A DNA stretch of 59,675 nucleotides, filler included, from 9 parts of 9 records of this genome joined end to end with filler, not necessarily neighbours in it, one strand, 5' to 3'; counted from the whole stretch's first letter, positions 30,313-41,829 are shown. Notes: generated from the letters alone by a model not told the origin. Translations and numbers: made by a program.

Positions 30313-33300
30313 TGTTTGTTTATGTCAGAAAATCTGAGACTTAATATGTATTTGATTAACTCAGAATATTCGTTTTTATTCACCTCATCTACTATTAATC
30401 TTTGTTGTGTTTGTGTAAAAGTTGAGACACAAGTAACTTTGTTTAGACCCTGTAATAATCTTTTTCGGTTCTCATTGCCTAAAGTTTCAACTTTTTCAGA
30501 ACTCAAGGGTAGGAGACTATTTATTGTTTTAGGCGTTGCCCAAGTGAAAAAAATTAAGAGTGTGAACTCTAAATTTGATGCGGTTTCTATTTGTGTTCTC
30601 CACCAGGTGATATTTCCTGATTTTAGTCGTGCATATCTAACTCGTTTGCATAAAGAAATGCTATGATCTTCGAAGTCTGCATATTCTTCACACCTTTCGG
30701 ACTTCGATTTTATTCCTGCAGCTACAACCGCAATTAAATAAAAACACCAACTGTCGTTGAACGATTTTCTCCCAGCCTCTACAATAATATCCCAAGGTCT
30801 AATAGAATTTTTCCAATTTGGAATTGTTATTATTAGAGCATCTCTGATTAATTTAAAAAAATCTTGAACTTGCCTGTCAATCTCGTCAGCTACATTGAAT
30901 TTACCAAAAGAAAATTGCTTTTCACCTTCATGGGAAGTGTAAAGAAAGTTATGAGTCATGAAATCTGCAAAGGGAACATCACTGTCGGTATCAATATCAA
31001 AAATAGAGCCTAATAAAAAAGTGCTAAGACAAAGTGTTAGCGATTTTAAAGAATATCGATTTTGCCCTCTTTGAATTACATGAATATTGCCTTCCAATAT
31101 TCCGCTAAATACATTTTTTTTGAGAGATGTATTGTTCTCAATAATATCAAATCTATTACCATTAATTAGAATCTGAAGCCTTTTAATGTCGTTTGATGAG
31201 TCTTTTTTTAATAACTGTAGTAAAAACGATTGATCGATTCTATGCAGGATTTGCAATCGATAGGCATATTCAAGCCAGATGGTTAATTGATCAGCTTCAA
31301 GTTCATGTGCATAATTTTCCCAATAATCCAAAGTCTTGTATGGGTTGTTTATGATTAGGCCAATTAATTCTGAAACATAATCACTATTTGGGAAATTTTT
31401 GAGTTGATTAAAACATTCCTCTACAATTTCTTGACGACCACACTCCTCAGGCAGAACAATAGGCTCATTATTAGAGCTTTTACTGTCTTGGTTGAGTATG
31501 TCTCCGATATTAATACCATTGATGATGATTCTGATGACGTTTTTTAGTAAAACTGGGTATTGGGTAAATACCCAGTCTGATAAAAGCTGTGCAGTTATTA
31601 GTCTCGGGTAATTAGTGTATTTTAAAATCTCATCGTCTTGTAATTCATTTAATTTCTGTATTAGCATTGGCAACTCGCCTTTATCAAAACATCCTGCAAA
31701 AAAGCGTACAACATTGTGCCAATAAAAATTTCTTGCTATTGCATCAAACCTTTCTGGCTTAGTACCCTTTCTCTCACACCCCGCAGGCGAATATGGCGAA
31801 GTCTCATAAAGATATTTTGCACAGAAATATTCCCGTAATGGTTGCACTTCAAATTCAAATGATCCTTGAACTCTTGACACTATTGCACAAACTCTTTCCT
31901 TCATTACAGTGAATAGTTGGTCCGCAATGTTAGTTTCATGTCCCTCTCTTTCAAGATACTCTTTAAGTTTTTGTTTAAGACTATTAATGTCTATTCTGCC
32001 ACTGTTTTTGTACCTTTCCGCTTCTGAATGCAATATCCAAGCAAGGTACTTGTGGATATCTATTATTAAATCCCTATTGTCTCTTATCGTAATGCTTTTT
32101 TCTGCTTCCCGATTGAAAAACAATTCAATATAACTATCATATAAGGCGGTTCTTTTGTTCGGTAAAGACTCTCCCCTTGTATTGAGTAAGCTAATTAAAA
32201 TTGCTAATTGCATAGGGCTTTTTGCCAAATCTCTTAAATGGGGCATTTCTAACTTATCTTCAACTAAGCGTCTTATTTCGTTAGCTTCTCGGCTGCGAAG
32301 TTTTCTTGCTTTTATCCATTTCTCTACATAGTCTTTTGTGTTTTCTGAATTGATGTCAGTTAATTCAAAATGGGGGTATTCCTCAATTGCGAAACCTGTT
32401 GAGCTTGAAAAGGCTGCGGGTCTGCTAGTTATGATTACTTGTATCGATTTGGAGTTCTCACGTAGTCTATTTAAACCTTTGTTGATAAAATCAATTATGT
32501 CTTTTCTAACATTGAGGTTAGCGATTTCATCAAAACCATCAAATACGAATAATATTGAGCTTAATCTACAAATGGAAATGAAATCACTCGAGTTGAAATC
32601 AGTGATCTTAGAGTGGTAACATATGTTTGCAACAAAAAACGATTCTAAGGATTTAGCCCATGTTTTTGTAAAGAACTCATCGCTCAAAGTTCCTTGGTAT
32701 GGGTTCTTTTTTTCTACCCAAGATGCCACATCTCGTAAATCTATTTTGAATGGTAAACGTATAGGTACATTCCTCAGGTGGCTGGGAATGGAATTGGAAT
32801 GCTCCTCTTTGTTTAAAAGACGAATCCTTTGGACTTGGCATATGTATTGTGATATTGTCGATTTACCTTGCCCTGGTCCTCCTTCTAAAAGTATCCTTTC
32901 GATGCCATCTTGGGCTAATTGACTTAGCAAAAATGAGGCAGCACCAATATTTTGTAGCTCGCTTGGATCGAAAAATTCATCGAATCCAATATGCTTTTTA
33001 TGATAACGTTGAAATGTCCAGAGTATCTTTTTAAGAGATTTGTTCTTTTTTCCATATTTTTTAATTCGAATGGGAACATCAATAAATAAGTCCAATAAGC
33101 GATTTTGCAATTCTATTTGTTTGAATTTTACTTCGTTATCCATTTCGTACTGGTCTGCCAAATATGCCCGGATAACATTTTCACGTCTTTCTTTGTTTTC
33201 ATGTAACTGCTCGAATATAATAGAATTGAGGATGTCTTGCCCGTTTAGTATCTCTGGAAAGGACCATTTGAGTGTAGCGGATGATTCCAGTTTTCTGGAT

Positions 33301-33710
33301 AAATCATCTCTCCACCAACAAAAGGAAGGGATTGGAATCTTATCGTCAAGTACCTTATTGAGTTTGTCTATTGCTCCAGCATCAAGATGAGCGGTTCCTT
33401 TTACGTTGGTAATTAGATAATATGATATAGCGCCTTTGGGGATAAGTTTTTTTATTTTTTCGACTTCTTTTTCGATCGTTTGAACAAGCCATTTGTGGAT
33501 GTCTTTGGTATGGTGTGCATTTCTAACAAATTTGACTTGGAAAATAATAAACTCTTTTCTACGAATGCCTCTGTTGTATGCAATTGAATCTCTTCCTCCA
33601 TCAGGCTGTCCGACAGGCAATGCTTGTGAGTCCGGAAACTCATTGTTTACAAGACAGTGGCAAAATTCTTGAAATCTTTCATCTCCTAAATTCTCATATA
33701 AATAATCCAT
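30313..33710 (-). CDS. NACHT/STAND NTPase with an N-terminal restriction-endonuclease-like (PD-(D/E)xK) domain; candidate antiphage protein (3' truncated)
   Basis: FQEFC...PDGGRD...FQVK REase motif; Walker A GGPGQGKST; Walker B FVFDGFDE; ITSRP; SPMQLAI; FEVQPLREYFCA; long helical C-terminus. Confidence 0.85.
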
Positions 33711-34334
33711 TTCTTGTACTCCTATAATGGTTACCTTCCAAAAAAATATATCGATACCTTATAATATAGAACAATATATAGCAAATATATTATTTCCTAT
33801 ATGGAACCAGTTTTGAGATGCCTATTCAGGTACGTTTATAATTGGGAGGAAGATCCTTAGTTGTATTTGAGATTTATATAAAAATAGCGTTTCGATATGG
33901 CCTGCATTGCTTATATGATATATAAATCAGTGCCTAACAGTGAAGAATGTAGCAGCTTATACTCTCCTACCATGAAATCGAAGAATTAAATCCAATATGG
34001 GGTTGTTTAGGAGTTTTGTGACCTGGACGAGGTGCCTCTCTTTGGCCAATGCAGCAAAGGTACAAAATAGGTAAAGTGCCTTTGTTCATTTTTTGGTGAA
34101 GTTCCAATTCGTTGGTAAACATCATCTTTGATATATCCATGAAAGCCCTTATATCTTTAGCTGGATGATTAAGACCTTTTTATGAAATTGTTGAAAATAG
34201 ATTGGCAGAGGCGGCTCCCTGATTAGAGAAGACAACATATACAGTAGCAAGCTCTTGACCGAACGCTTTTATCCTATGTATGTAAATGGTTGCTATTGGA
34301 AATAGAGGAAAACTGGATGTTGTCTGGCAACCAC

Positions 34335-35210
34335 TTAAAGTTGCCAGACTGCGTCATGGACCTTGAGCATGGCCTCAATTTTGGGGTCATTGCTTTTGGT
34401 TTCGGGATAGGTGAAGAACAGGTCCAGGGTAAGGGTCTTGCCGCGCCAGAGTGCGGCTCGGCCTTCCCGTTCGGCGGCTTCGGCCTTATCCAGGTCCATC
34501 ACACCGAGTCCGGCGCCTGCCTGTATCAGCTGGATCATTGTCTCGTCATCCGCCACCACTGTTCTCTGGAGTTCCCGGCCGTCCCGGGCAAAATGTTCTT
34601 CGATGAGCATGCCCAGGCGGCATCCCTTTGAGTTTATCACCCAGGGAAAGGTTGCGAGGTCCTGGGGGGTGGCGTTATCGAGTTTCTGCTTCCAGGAGGC
34701 AGGGCCTGCCACCAGGAAGTCTACAGACCTGAGAAAGCGGGTTTTGACACCGGGGGAGGTGGGCAGGCCCAGCATATAGCCGCAGTCGAGCTCTCCGGTT
34801 TTGAGGTGCTTTTCCACCCGGGTGGATGAACTCTGGATCAGCTGAAGGGTCAACTGGGGATATAGGGTATGCACCTGGTCAAAGAGGCGGGTGATCCTGA
34901 GGATATCCGGGTGGGTGTTGATGCCGATCTTGATGCCGCCCACGGGTTGGCCGTTGATCTTTTCTGCCTGGTTGAGGAGATCGTTTGAGGCGTCGAGCAC
35001 TGTTCTTGCCTTGTTCAGCATGATTTCGCCCTGGTCGGTGAGGGCCATTCCCTTTCTGCTGCGCTGGAACAGGGCGAGGCCGAGCTCCTGTTCAAGGGCC
35101 TTGATGTGGGCGCTGACCGAGGGCTGGCTGGTGTTGAGGCGTTGGGCTGCCCGGGTGAGGTGTTTCTCCTGGGCCACTGTTACAAAGGTGCGTAGTTGGT
35201 AGAGTTCCAT
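34335..35210 (-). CDS. LysR family transcriptional regulator
   Basis: MELYQLRTF...LTRAAQRLNTSQPSVSAHIKALEQELG. Confidence 0.95.
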   Translation of the reverse strand: MELYQLRTFVTVAQEKHLTRAAQRLNTSQPSVSAHIKALEQELGLALFQRSRKGMALTDQGEIMLNKARTVLDASNDLLNQAEKINGQPVGGIKIGINTHPDILRITRLFDQVHTLYPQLTLQLIQSSSTRVEKHLKTGELDCGYMLGLPTSPGVKTRFLRSVDFLVAGPASWKQKLDNATPQDLATFPWVINSKGCRLGMLIEEHFARDGRELQRTVVADDETMIQLIQAGAGLGVMDLDKAEAAEREGRAALWRGKTLTLDLFFTYPETKSNDPKIEAMLKVHDAVWQL

Positions 35211-35212
35211 GG

Positions 35213-36097
35213 TTATTTGCAAACCTCCCTTGATATGTCCATGAATGTTTCCAGGACGGGGGATACCCATTTGTCTTTGTGTCGGATCATCAATACGGCG
35301 GATTCCACGGTGTCATCGGCCCAGGCAAGGGGGATGAGCTGCTTGCGGGCGATTTCGTTTGTTACGGCTATTTGGGGGATGATGGTGATGCCGATGCCTC
35401 GTATTACGCATTGCTTGATTGCCTCTATGCTGTTCAGTTCGGTGATGGTGGTGGATTGTATCTGTCTTTCGGACAGCAGGGTTGCAAACTGCATTTTGTA
35501 GCCGCAGTCGTGCTTGGGCAGAAGTATGGACTCTCCCTCGAGATCTTTGGCGGTGACGGCGGGTTGGGCCGTAAGTGGGTGGTCGGGGGCTGCCACAAGG
35601 ACAAGGGGCTCAAAAGCAAGTACCTCTGAGGTGAGATCCTGGGCGTTGATTGCGTCGGCCAGGAGGAACGCCACATCGATGATGCCGGCTTTCAGCTCCT
35701 GCTCCAGGGTGTAGGAGGCGCAGGTGCTTACATTGAACCCCACCTTGGGATAGCGGGCCTTGAACCGTTGCAGGATGTCCGGGAGGCGATAGGTGGCCAG
35801 GGTCTGGGGGATGCGGATGGAGATGGCGCCGTGGGGTTCTTCCTTGCTGGAGATGGCGGTGCGGGTCTCCTGTTCCATATCGATCATTTTCCGGGCATAT
35901 CGGATCAGCTTTTGGCCTTCCTGGGTGAGAACGATGCGTTTGCCCAGGCGTTCGAATAGGGAGACTCCCAATTCCTCTTCAAGGAGCTTGATCTGGACCG
36001 ATACGGTGGACTGGGCATAGTTCAACACCTGGGCCGCGCGGTTGAAGCTTAAGAGCTGGGCCACGGTTTGGAATGTTTTCAGTTGCCGTATCTCCAT
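35213..36097 (-). CDS. LysR family transcriptional regulator
   Basis: MEIRQLKTF...SFNRAAQVLNYAQSTVSVQIKLLEEELG. Confidence 0.95.
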   Translation of the reverse strand: MEIRQLKTFQTVAQLLSFNRAAQVLNYAQSTVSVQIKLLEEELGVSLFERLGKRIVLTQEGQKLIRYARKMIDMEQETRTAISSKEEPHGAISIRIPQTLATYRLPDILQRFKARYPKVGFNVSTCASYTLEQELKAGIIDVAFLLADAINAQDLTSEVLAFEPLVLVAAPDHPLTAQPAVTAKDLEGESILLPKHDCGYKMQFATLLSERQIQSTTITELNSIEAIKQCVIRGIGITIIPQIAVTNEIARKQLIPLAWADDTVESAVLMIRHKDKWVSPVLETFMDISREVCK

Positions 36098-36226
36098 TGG
36101 AGTCACCTTTGATCGCTTTCGCCGATTGTAGATGTTAAATTGCGTTGCCGGGTTCGCAAATATGAATACTTAGCTATCCCAAAAATAATACGGTGTCAAG
36201 GGGTATGGGGTTGCTCCGGTTAGATT

Positions 36227-36456
36227 TCAGTAAAGGCTGAACTTTTTCCTGTAGGCGGTGGGGGAGAGTCCTGTGATCTTTTTGAACAGCCTCCTGAATG
36301 AGCTGACATCTTCGTATCCGGTGGCGAGGGTGATATTGTCAATGGCGTCGTGGGTTGTCTCGAGCAGGGTGCGGGCTTTGCCTATGCGGAGATACTGGAG
36401 GTATTCAAGGGGGTATCTCCGGTGGCCTTTTTGAATCGCCTGGCAAATGTGCGCTG
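36227..36456 (-). pseudogene. AraC/GlxA family regulator C-terminus with an apparent 1-nt frameshift (5' truncated)
   Basis: QRTFARRFKKATGDTP in one frame continues as LEYLQYLRIGKARTLLETT...GYEDVSSFRRLFKKITGLSPTAYRKKF* in another. The break is at the G5 run, 36409-36413. Confidence 0.75.
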
Positions 36457-36556
36457 NNNNNNNNNNNNNNNNNNNNNNNNNNNNNNNNNNNNNNNNNNNN
36501 TTAATTAATTAANNNNNNNNNNNNNNNNNNNNNNNNNNNNNNNNNNNNNNNNNNNN
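36457..36556. other. Artificial contig spacer
   Basis: N-run, TTAATTAATTAA, N-run. Confidence 0.99.
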
Positions 36557-38690
36557 GTTTGTTCACGATTCCGTTGAGTTCATGCGCTATAAAATACCCC
36601 GATCTGAGGCGATACTGACGTTCGAGGTGTGCCGCCAGCAGCCGATCGAAAAGCGCATGGCCTACCTCTGCACCAATTGGTGCGAGAATACTAGTCCAGT
36701 CTTCCGCAAGATTCTTGATCTTGGTTGGTGTCGCCCAAGCGGCGCGTGCAGCTGTATCCCATCCTGATCGCCCAGCGAAGACGTGTCCGAAAACGACTGG
36801 TCGTAGTATCCGCCCGATCCGCTCCTCGTGGAGTGGCAATATCAGGTACACAGCGTACGGCGTTTTGAGTGAGGGAATCGCGAGGCTGAAAGGGAATACG
36901 GAATTACTTGTTATATGCTTGAGATCGAAGATCAACTTTTCCAAGCAATTTTTGTTATCCTTTGCGGCGATGTCGTGCACAATCGAAAAGAACACTAGCA
37001 TAAACACCCTGAAACGCATGTGAATCAGCATTTCGCTTTCTTTACCGTTTACAGATTGGTCCTTCTCTATAGTTTGGGATTCCGCATTTACGAGAGCCGC
37101 AAACACCTCGATTGCTTGATGAAGCGTCGGGTGAGATTTCCATCTGATATGGTGGTACATGGGAACTTGCCGAAAATCGCTTGTGCGTGATAGTTTAGAA
37201 TTATCTTCACTGAAGAACTCACAGAGGAAGGTTGCTGCTGCTTGAATCGAAACGTTTTGAGAAGAATTCTTAAGATTGGCGGTATTCTCTGAAAATATCG
37301 TTTTCATATCCACACCCAGAGCAGCCTCTGCAAGAATCGATCCAAAACGGACGGGAGTTTCGCGAAGGAGTGCTTCCGCTGCTATTGACTCTTCCTGAAG
37401 CTCGATCTTGTACCCGAGCGACAGTTCGTTGTCATCATCAAGTGTGATTCTCGGGGGGAGCTCAACTTCTACGTCAAGTAGCTTCTCGAATACGCGAGCA
37501 GCATGTTTGAAATGGAAATCAGATTCTCGCAGGAAGTCCCGGCCTTTGCCGAGTTCGATCATTTCTTCCCGCCAGTTATCGAGGCAGCGACGGAATTGGT
37601 CTTCGCCTCGAAGCTCTTCAAGGACCAGAATGCGGAGTACGAGCCAGTTGAGAAGGACGCAGACGACTTCACCGCGAGGCACTGCAACGTAGGATCTCCC
37701 GCTTTCTTCAGGGAGTAGATGCCGTCGGCCGACCGAAGCAAACAGGTCCGGGTAGCGGAGAATCTCCTGATTTAACGCTCCAATCGTCTTGAAACAATTG
37801 GCAGCTTCCGTTGCCGGGTGTTTATCTTTACCAAGCCTAGCGAATTCGAGCTTATTCTGGCTGACTAGTGAAGAGTCCTGAATGATATTCAGAACTTCCT
37901 CCGAATCGGGATCGAGCACAGACACTATAGGTGGAAATTCCAACCAATCCTGTTTGAAGACGCTGTACAATGTACGCTCTGCTCTGCATTGTACCATGCC
38001 GTGGTATCTGTATGACGCGTTAACACGGAAGGCGCAACGGGCGTCCATGTACTGGTTGATTAGCTCGGCGATTGAGGTGCCAAGGTTGATAGATTCGTCC
38101 TTCTCTGTTTCAGTAATCATCAGCGGATCGAAAGTTTTGCATCCGAATGCCTCCGCCAATGTTTCACGGTTGTGTTCATTGTTGCCGTCCCACCGCGTCA
38201 CCTCGCGCCATTCACCATCAAGCTTAATCCAGAACTCGCAGTATTGGACTTCGGCATCGCTGAGCGATCTCTCAAGCTGCACCGGACAACCCATGCCGAA
38301 CAACGCAATACTCTCATCCTCAGATACTAACCAGCCTTCCAATACTCTCGGAATGATCTGCTCTTCGCGTTCAGAGAGTCCTTGAAAGTCAGCCGCTTTT
38401 GTCCAGACGACATGCAGGTTCGGCGTATTCGTGCGGCGCGTTACCAGCAGCCAGGATCCGATTCCACCGAAGAAGTGGTCTGATTCTAATGTGTCAAGCG
38501 TCGGACCAACGACGTACTGATCGCGTCGGTTCTTCGTATCAGGGATCTTTGTGCCGAGATGAAATCGGCGACAACCATGCTTAGCGCACGGCAATCCACA
38601 CAGCTCGGACGCAAACGTCTCCTGCGAAGAGATCGGAGTGATCAGCTTACGCAGAGAGCTCAGTTGTGATTCGATGCGTTGCTCAGCCAT
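36557..38690 (-). CDS. Large (>710 aa) hypothetical soluble protein, probably a sensor histidine kinase with an unrecognised N-terminal region (3' truncated)
   Basis: Long open frame with no familiar motif until a GAF-like segment (YAVYLILPL...VVFGHVF...ILAPIGAEVGHAL), followed by GYFIAHELN, which resembles a HisKA H-box, right at the contig break. Confidence 0.55.
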
Positions 38691-39475
38691 GTCTGTAGCT
38701 CGCGCCGTTGTCTCTGGAATTCTTGTGTGTACTTCACATTGGGATCACTACCACCAGGATCTGCGCCTTCCAAAATCGTGTGGACAGATCCAGGGCGACT
38801 CCCGAGTACAATTACTTGGTCGCCAAGGAACAGAGCCTCCTCTGGGTCATGTGTAACAATTAACAAGGTCGTGCGTGTGTCATCACGGAGTTTCAGTACA
38901 AGCTGTTGCAGGGATTCGCGTGACTCGTGATCCAAGGCTGAAAACGGCTCATCGAGGAGAAGGATGTCAGGGCGGGCAGCCAGTGCTCGACCGAGATTCA
39001 TCCGTTGCCTCATCCCGCCAGAAAGTTGGGCAGGGTACTTCGTGAGATCCGTCTCGTGGAGCCCTACTAAGCTGGCGATCCGAACGATTTCCGCTCGCGC
39101 AAGCTCCCAGTCTGATAGACCGAATGTATGGGCGAGAAGACCAGCCGCTTTGAAATGTGGCTGATAGCGCAAGCTGAAGCCGATATTCTTTGCGACATTA
39201 CACCAATCGTACGCGGAATCTATCTGCGTAACAAGGCCGATTCTTGCCGACGGTTTGGTTACGTCTGTCCCATCGAGCAGCACGCGACCATGAAAATCCT
39301 GATCCAGCCCCGCAATGATCCGAAAAAGGGTGCTTTTACCGCACCCCGAAGGTCCGAAGAAGGTCGCTGTGCTTCCCTCCTGGATGTGCGTATTAATGTC
39401 GTTCAGAACTGTTTCGAATACGCCGTTGTGGGCGAAATCTTTTCGTTCTATATGCACGTCTAAATAGCTCGCCAT
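38660..39475 (-). CDS. NitT/TauT family ABC transporter ATP-binding protein
   Basis: GPSGCGKST, LSGGMRQR, LLDEPFSALD, VTHDPEEA, RPG. Confidence 0.93.
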   Translation of the reverse strand: MASYLDVHIERKDFAHNGVFETVLNDINTHIQEGSTATFFGPSGCGKSTLFRIIAGLDQDFHGRVLLDGTDVTKPSARIGLVTQIDSAYDWCNVAKNIGFSLRYQPHFKAAGLLAHTFGLSDWELARAEIVRIASLVGLHETDLTKYPAQLSGGMRQRMNLGRALAARPDILLLDEPFSALDHESRESLQQLVLKLRDDTRTTLLIVTHDPEEALFLGDQVIVLGSRPGSVHTILEGADPGGSDPNVKYTQEFQRQRRELQTWLSNASNHN

Positions 39476-39490
39476 AAGTTCACCTCACTT

Positions 39491-40300
39491 CTATTGAACG
39501 CTGGCTTTAGGTGCGTATGGGAACAGAACTCGCCGCAATCGCCGCAAACTCAGATCAGTAAGCAAGCCAATCAGCCCCATTGCGATGCATGCAACAATCA
39601 TGACGTCTGCCGCATTAAACCGCTGCGCCTCCTTAATTACATGCCCCATCCCTGTCTTGACTGCGATGAGTTCGGCTATTACTAGGTATGTCCAACACCA
39701 TCCCAATGTGATTCGAAGATTGTCATAAAGCTTCGGCATCATAGCTGGCAACAGCACATCTCGTAGGAGCGACGGCGTCGAAGCGCCAAGAGTTCTCGCG
39801 GTATCGAATTTTAGATCACTCACGCTATCTGCGTCATCTATGACGAGAAGAATGAGTTGAAAAAACGTACCAAAAAAGAGAACCATCAGTTTCGGTGTCT
39901 CGCCGATTCCGCACCACAAAACGAAGATTGGCAGTAGTGCAGGTACTGGAATATATCGTACGATGTCAATGAGTGGAGTAATAAAGGCACCCAGGGGTCT
40001 GAATGAACTCATCAATATACCCAGCGGGATCGCCAACATCGCTGACAGCGCAAAAGCAGCACCGATTCTGGCGGCGCTCGCCCCGATATCAGCGAGAAAC
40101 GCCTGTTGAAAGAACATGGTGTATGCTGCTGACAATATCCTTGTAGGACTAGGCAGGAAACTCTCACCCGCGTTGTTCCAGTGTGCCGCCAGCATCCAGA
40201 ACGCGACGACCACAAGGACTCCAGCTACTCCAAGGAAAGCGGACAATGATTTACTAATTCTTTGTCGAAACATGTTATGCGCCTCCTCAAGCAAGATCAT
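39491..40300 (-). CDS. NitT/TauT family ABC transporter permease
   Basis: FLPSP, RYIPVPALLP, GIGETPK, ARTLGAS, WTYLVIAELIA. The start may be the second Met (MFRQR). Confidence 0.93.
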   Translation of the reverse strand: MILLEEAHNMFRQRISKSLSAFLGVAGVLVVVAFWMLAAHWNNAGESFLPSPTRILSAAYTMFFQQAFLADIGASAARIGAAFALSAMLAIPLGILMSSFRPLGAFITPLIDIVRYIPVPALLPIFVLWCGIGETPKLMVLFFGTFFQLILLVIDDADSVSDLKFDTARTLGASTPSLLRDVLLPAMMPKLYDNLRITLGWCWTYLVIAELIAVKTGMGHVIKEAQRFNAADVMIVACIAMGLIGLLTDLSLRRLRRVLFPYAPKASVQ

Positions 40301-40319
40301 GCTGTGGCGAAAGCTTCAA

Positions 40320-41330
40320 TCACGGGAGAAATTTTCGCGTCAAGTGCTTTTCTCCCTGAGTCTGGAACACGGTGCTCCGATTCCGGGTGAGGATTTCGAC
40401 GACTTTATCCGAAGCATCGTATAGAGGACCTGGCTGCCCTGCTGAGCCATAAAGCTCAGTGTTTCTCTTCGGGCCAAGCCACACCACTCCGGACGCAATG
40501 TCGCGAAATTCGTCGACGGACAAACCAAACGCCTTTGCCATAATCGCGTATGCTTCGTCAGGATTTGACTGGATATAATCCAAAGCCCGATTCCAGCCAT
40601 CAATCACGGTTCGCATGTCGTCTGTTCTGTCCTTTAGTGTCGCGTCGGAGGCGAAGATCAAATCTACGATGAGGCCGGGAGTGTCGGCGCTACTCACAAC
40701 AACACGAGAACCTTGTTGGCTATTGAGCGCAGTCGTCAAATAAGGTTCGTAGATGCCGGCTGCCTGCACGGCTCCTGCTGCGAACGCTGTGGCTGCATTT
40801 TGTGTAGACATGTCCTGGAAGTTAACATCGGCAAGGCTAAGTCCCGCTTCGTTAAGCGCATACATTAATAAAAAGTTGGGTGGCAAACCGGGTTCAGCAG
40901 CGACCTTTTGGCCGCGAAGCGACTGGAGATTTCCGATTCCTTCTTGCACGACTACGGCGTCACCACCTGACGATTCGTCAATCACCCACACCCCGGTCCC
41001 TAGCGGCTGGTCATCTGAATCGAACGCAATGTCGAGAGTTGCCAAGTAGGCTTGAACGCTGTCTGATCGGATAGCTGCACGAATGCTGGCGATTTCTTCG
41101 ATTCGCACAAGGTTAACGTCGAGGTCTCCAAACATTCCCTTTTCATCTGCAAGATAAAGAGGGGCGTACCCAGGGAAAGTTACCATCGCGATCGTAAATT
41201 CCATATTCTCGGTTTGATTCTCGCTACCCTCTTGTGACAGTACGACTATGAGGGTTACAGCTGCGACGATGACGGCCACGGCGCCAATCGCTGATTTCTT
41301 CCGGCTGCTGCGATTTTGATTGTCGGTCAT
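40320..41330 (-). CDS. NitT/TauT (SsuA/NMT1-like) ABC substrate-binding protein
   Basis: N-terminal anchor; FPGYAPLYLADEKG, DESSGGD, YEPYL, PGLIVDLI; AAGGAG RBS. Confidence 0.9.
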   Translation of the reverse strand: MTDNQNRSSRKKSAIGAVAVIVAAVTLIVVLSQEGSENQTENMEFTIAMVTFPGYAPLYLADEKGMFGDLDVNLVRIEEIASIRAAIRSDSVQAYLATLDIAFDSDDQPLGTGVWVIDESSGGDAVVVQEGIGNLQSLRGQKVAAEPGLPPNFLLMYALNEAGLSLADVNFQDMSTQNAATAFAAGAVQAAGIYEPYLTTALNSQQGSRVVVSSADTPGLIVDLIFASDATLKDRTDDMRTVIDGWNRALDYIQSNPDEAYAIMAKAFGLSVDEFRDIASGVVWLGPKRNTELYGSAGQPGPLYDASDKVVEILTRNRSTVFQTQGEKHLTRKFLP

Positions 41331-41713
41331 TCCTACGTCTCCTTATTTGTTGTTCTTTCTCACGAACTGGCTCCTTAGGTGGTACTCTATCTGACTCTTA
41401 GGTGAATGTAGTATCGCTGGACACCATCTAGAACTAGTGACGACAAGTGACAAAGTGTGAGGCGAACTCGCCAAAAGCCCTGCATCCGTCTCTTCTGGAG
41501 CGTCAATCAGTTGTTTATTCAACGGGCTTCACGCCACCTTAGATTGTGAATACTTGAACCCAACCAGCTATACGTAAGCCCAATTCAAACTCTATTATGG
41601 ATGTGGTGATTTAGACATTTAATTGACTGTAACTACTTTTTTAGTAAGTAGTTATAGTTTATGATACTGTTTGTTAATAGTCTGATTCTAGGTGGATCAG
41701 CGGATTCTGGGTA

Positions 41714-41829
41714 CTCAACTACTACCGGCTGAAGCCGGTAGGTTGGCAGAAATCGTGACCTTCGGACTGAAGTCCTTCGCTCACGATTCGGAGACCTTGA
41801 AGTTATCTCCACCGTCACCGGGTTCAGAA
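41714..41829 (-). mobile_element. Right end of an IS200/IS605-family element (3' end of tnpA plus terminal hairpins), truncated by the contig end
   Basis: The + strand CTCAACTACTACCGGC-TGAA-GCCGGTAGGTT and GGAC-TGAA-GTCC hairpins are typical IS200/IS605 end structures. The - strand frame SEPGDGGDNFKVSES* (stop 41781-41783) resembles a TnpA C-terminus. Confidence 0.7.

Noticed and set aside
33925-34015. GCCTAAC upstream of the NACHT gene as an integron attC/core site
   Set aside because: There is no matching GTTRRRY partner or attC-like palindrome at a suitable distance, and no integrase.
41331-41713. Riboswitch (guanidine/TPP-type) upstream of the NitT/TauT binding protein
   Set aside because: I could not find the conserved motifs of these families by eye. 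Only a short TTAGGTG direct repeat is visible, which is too weak to call.
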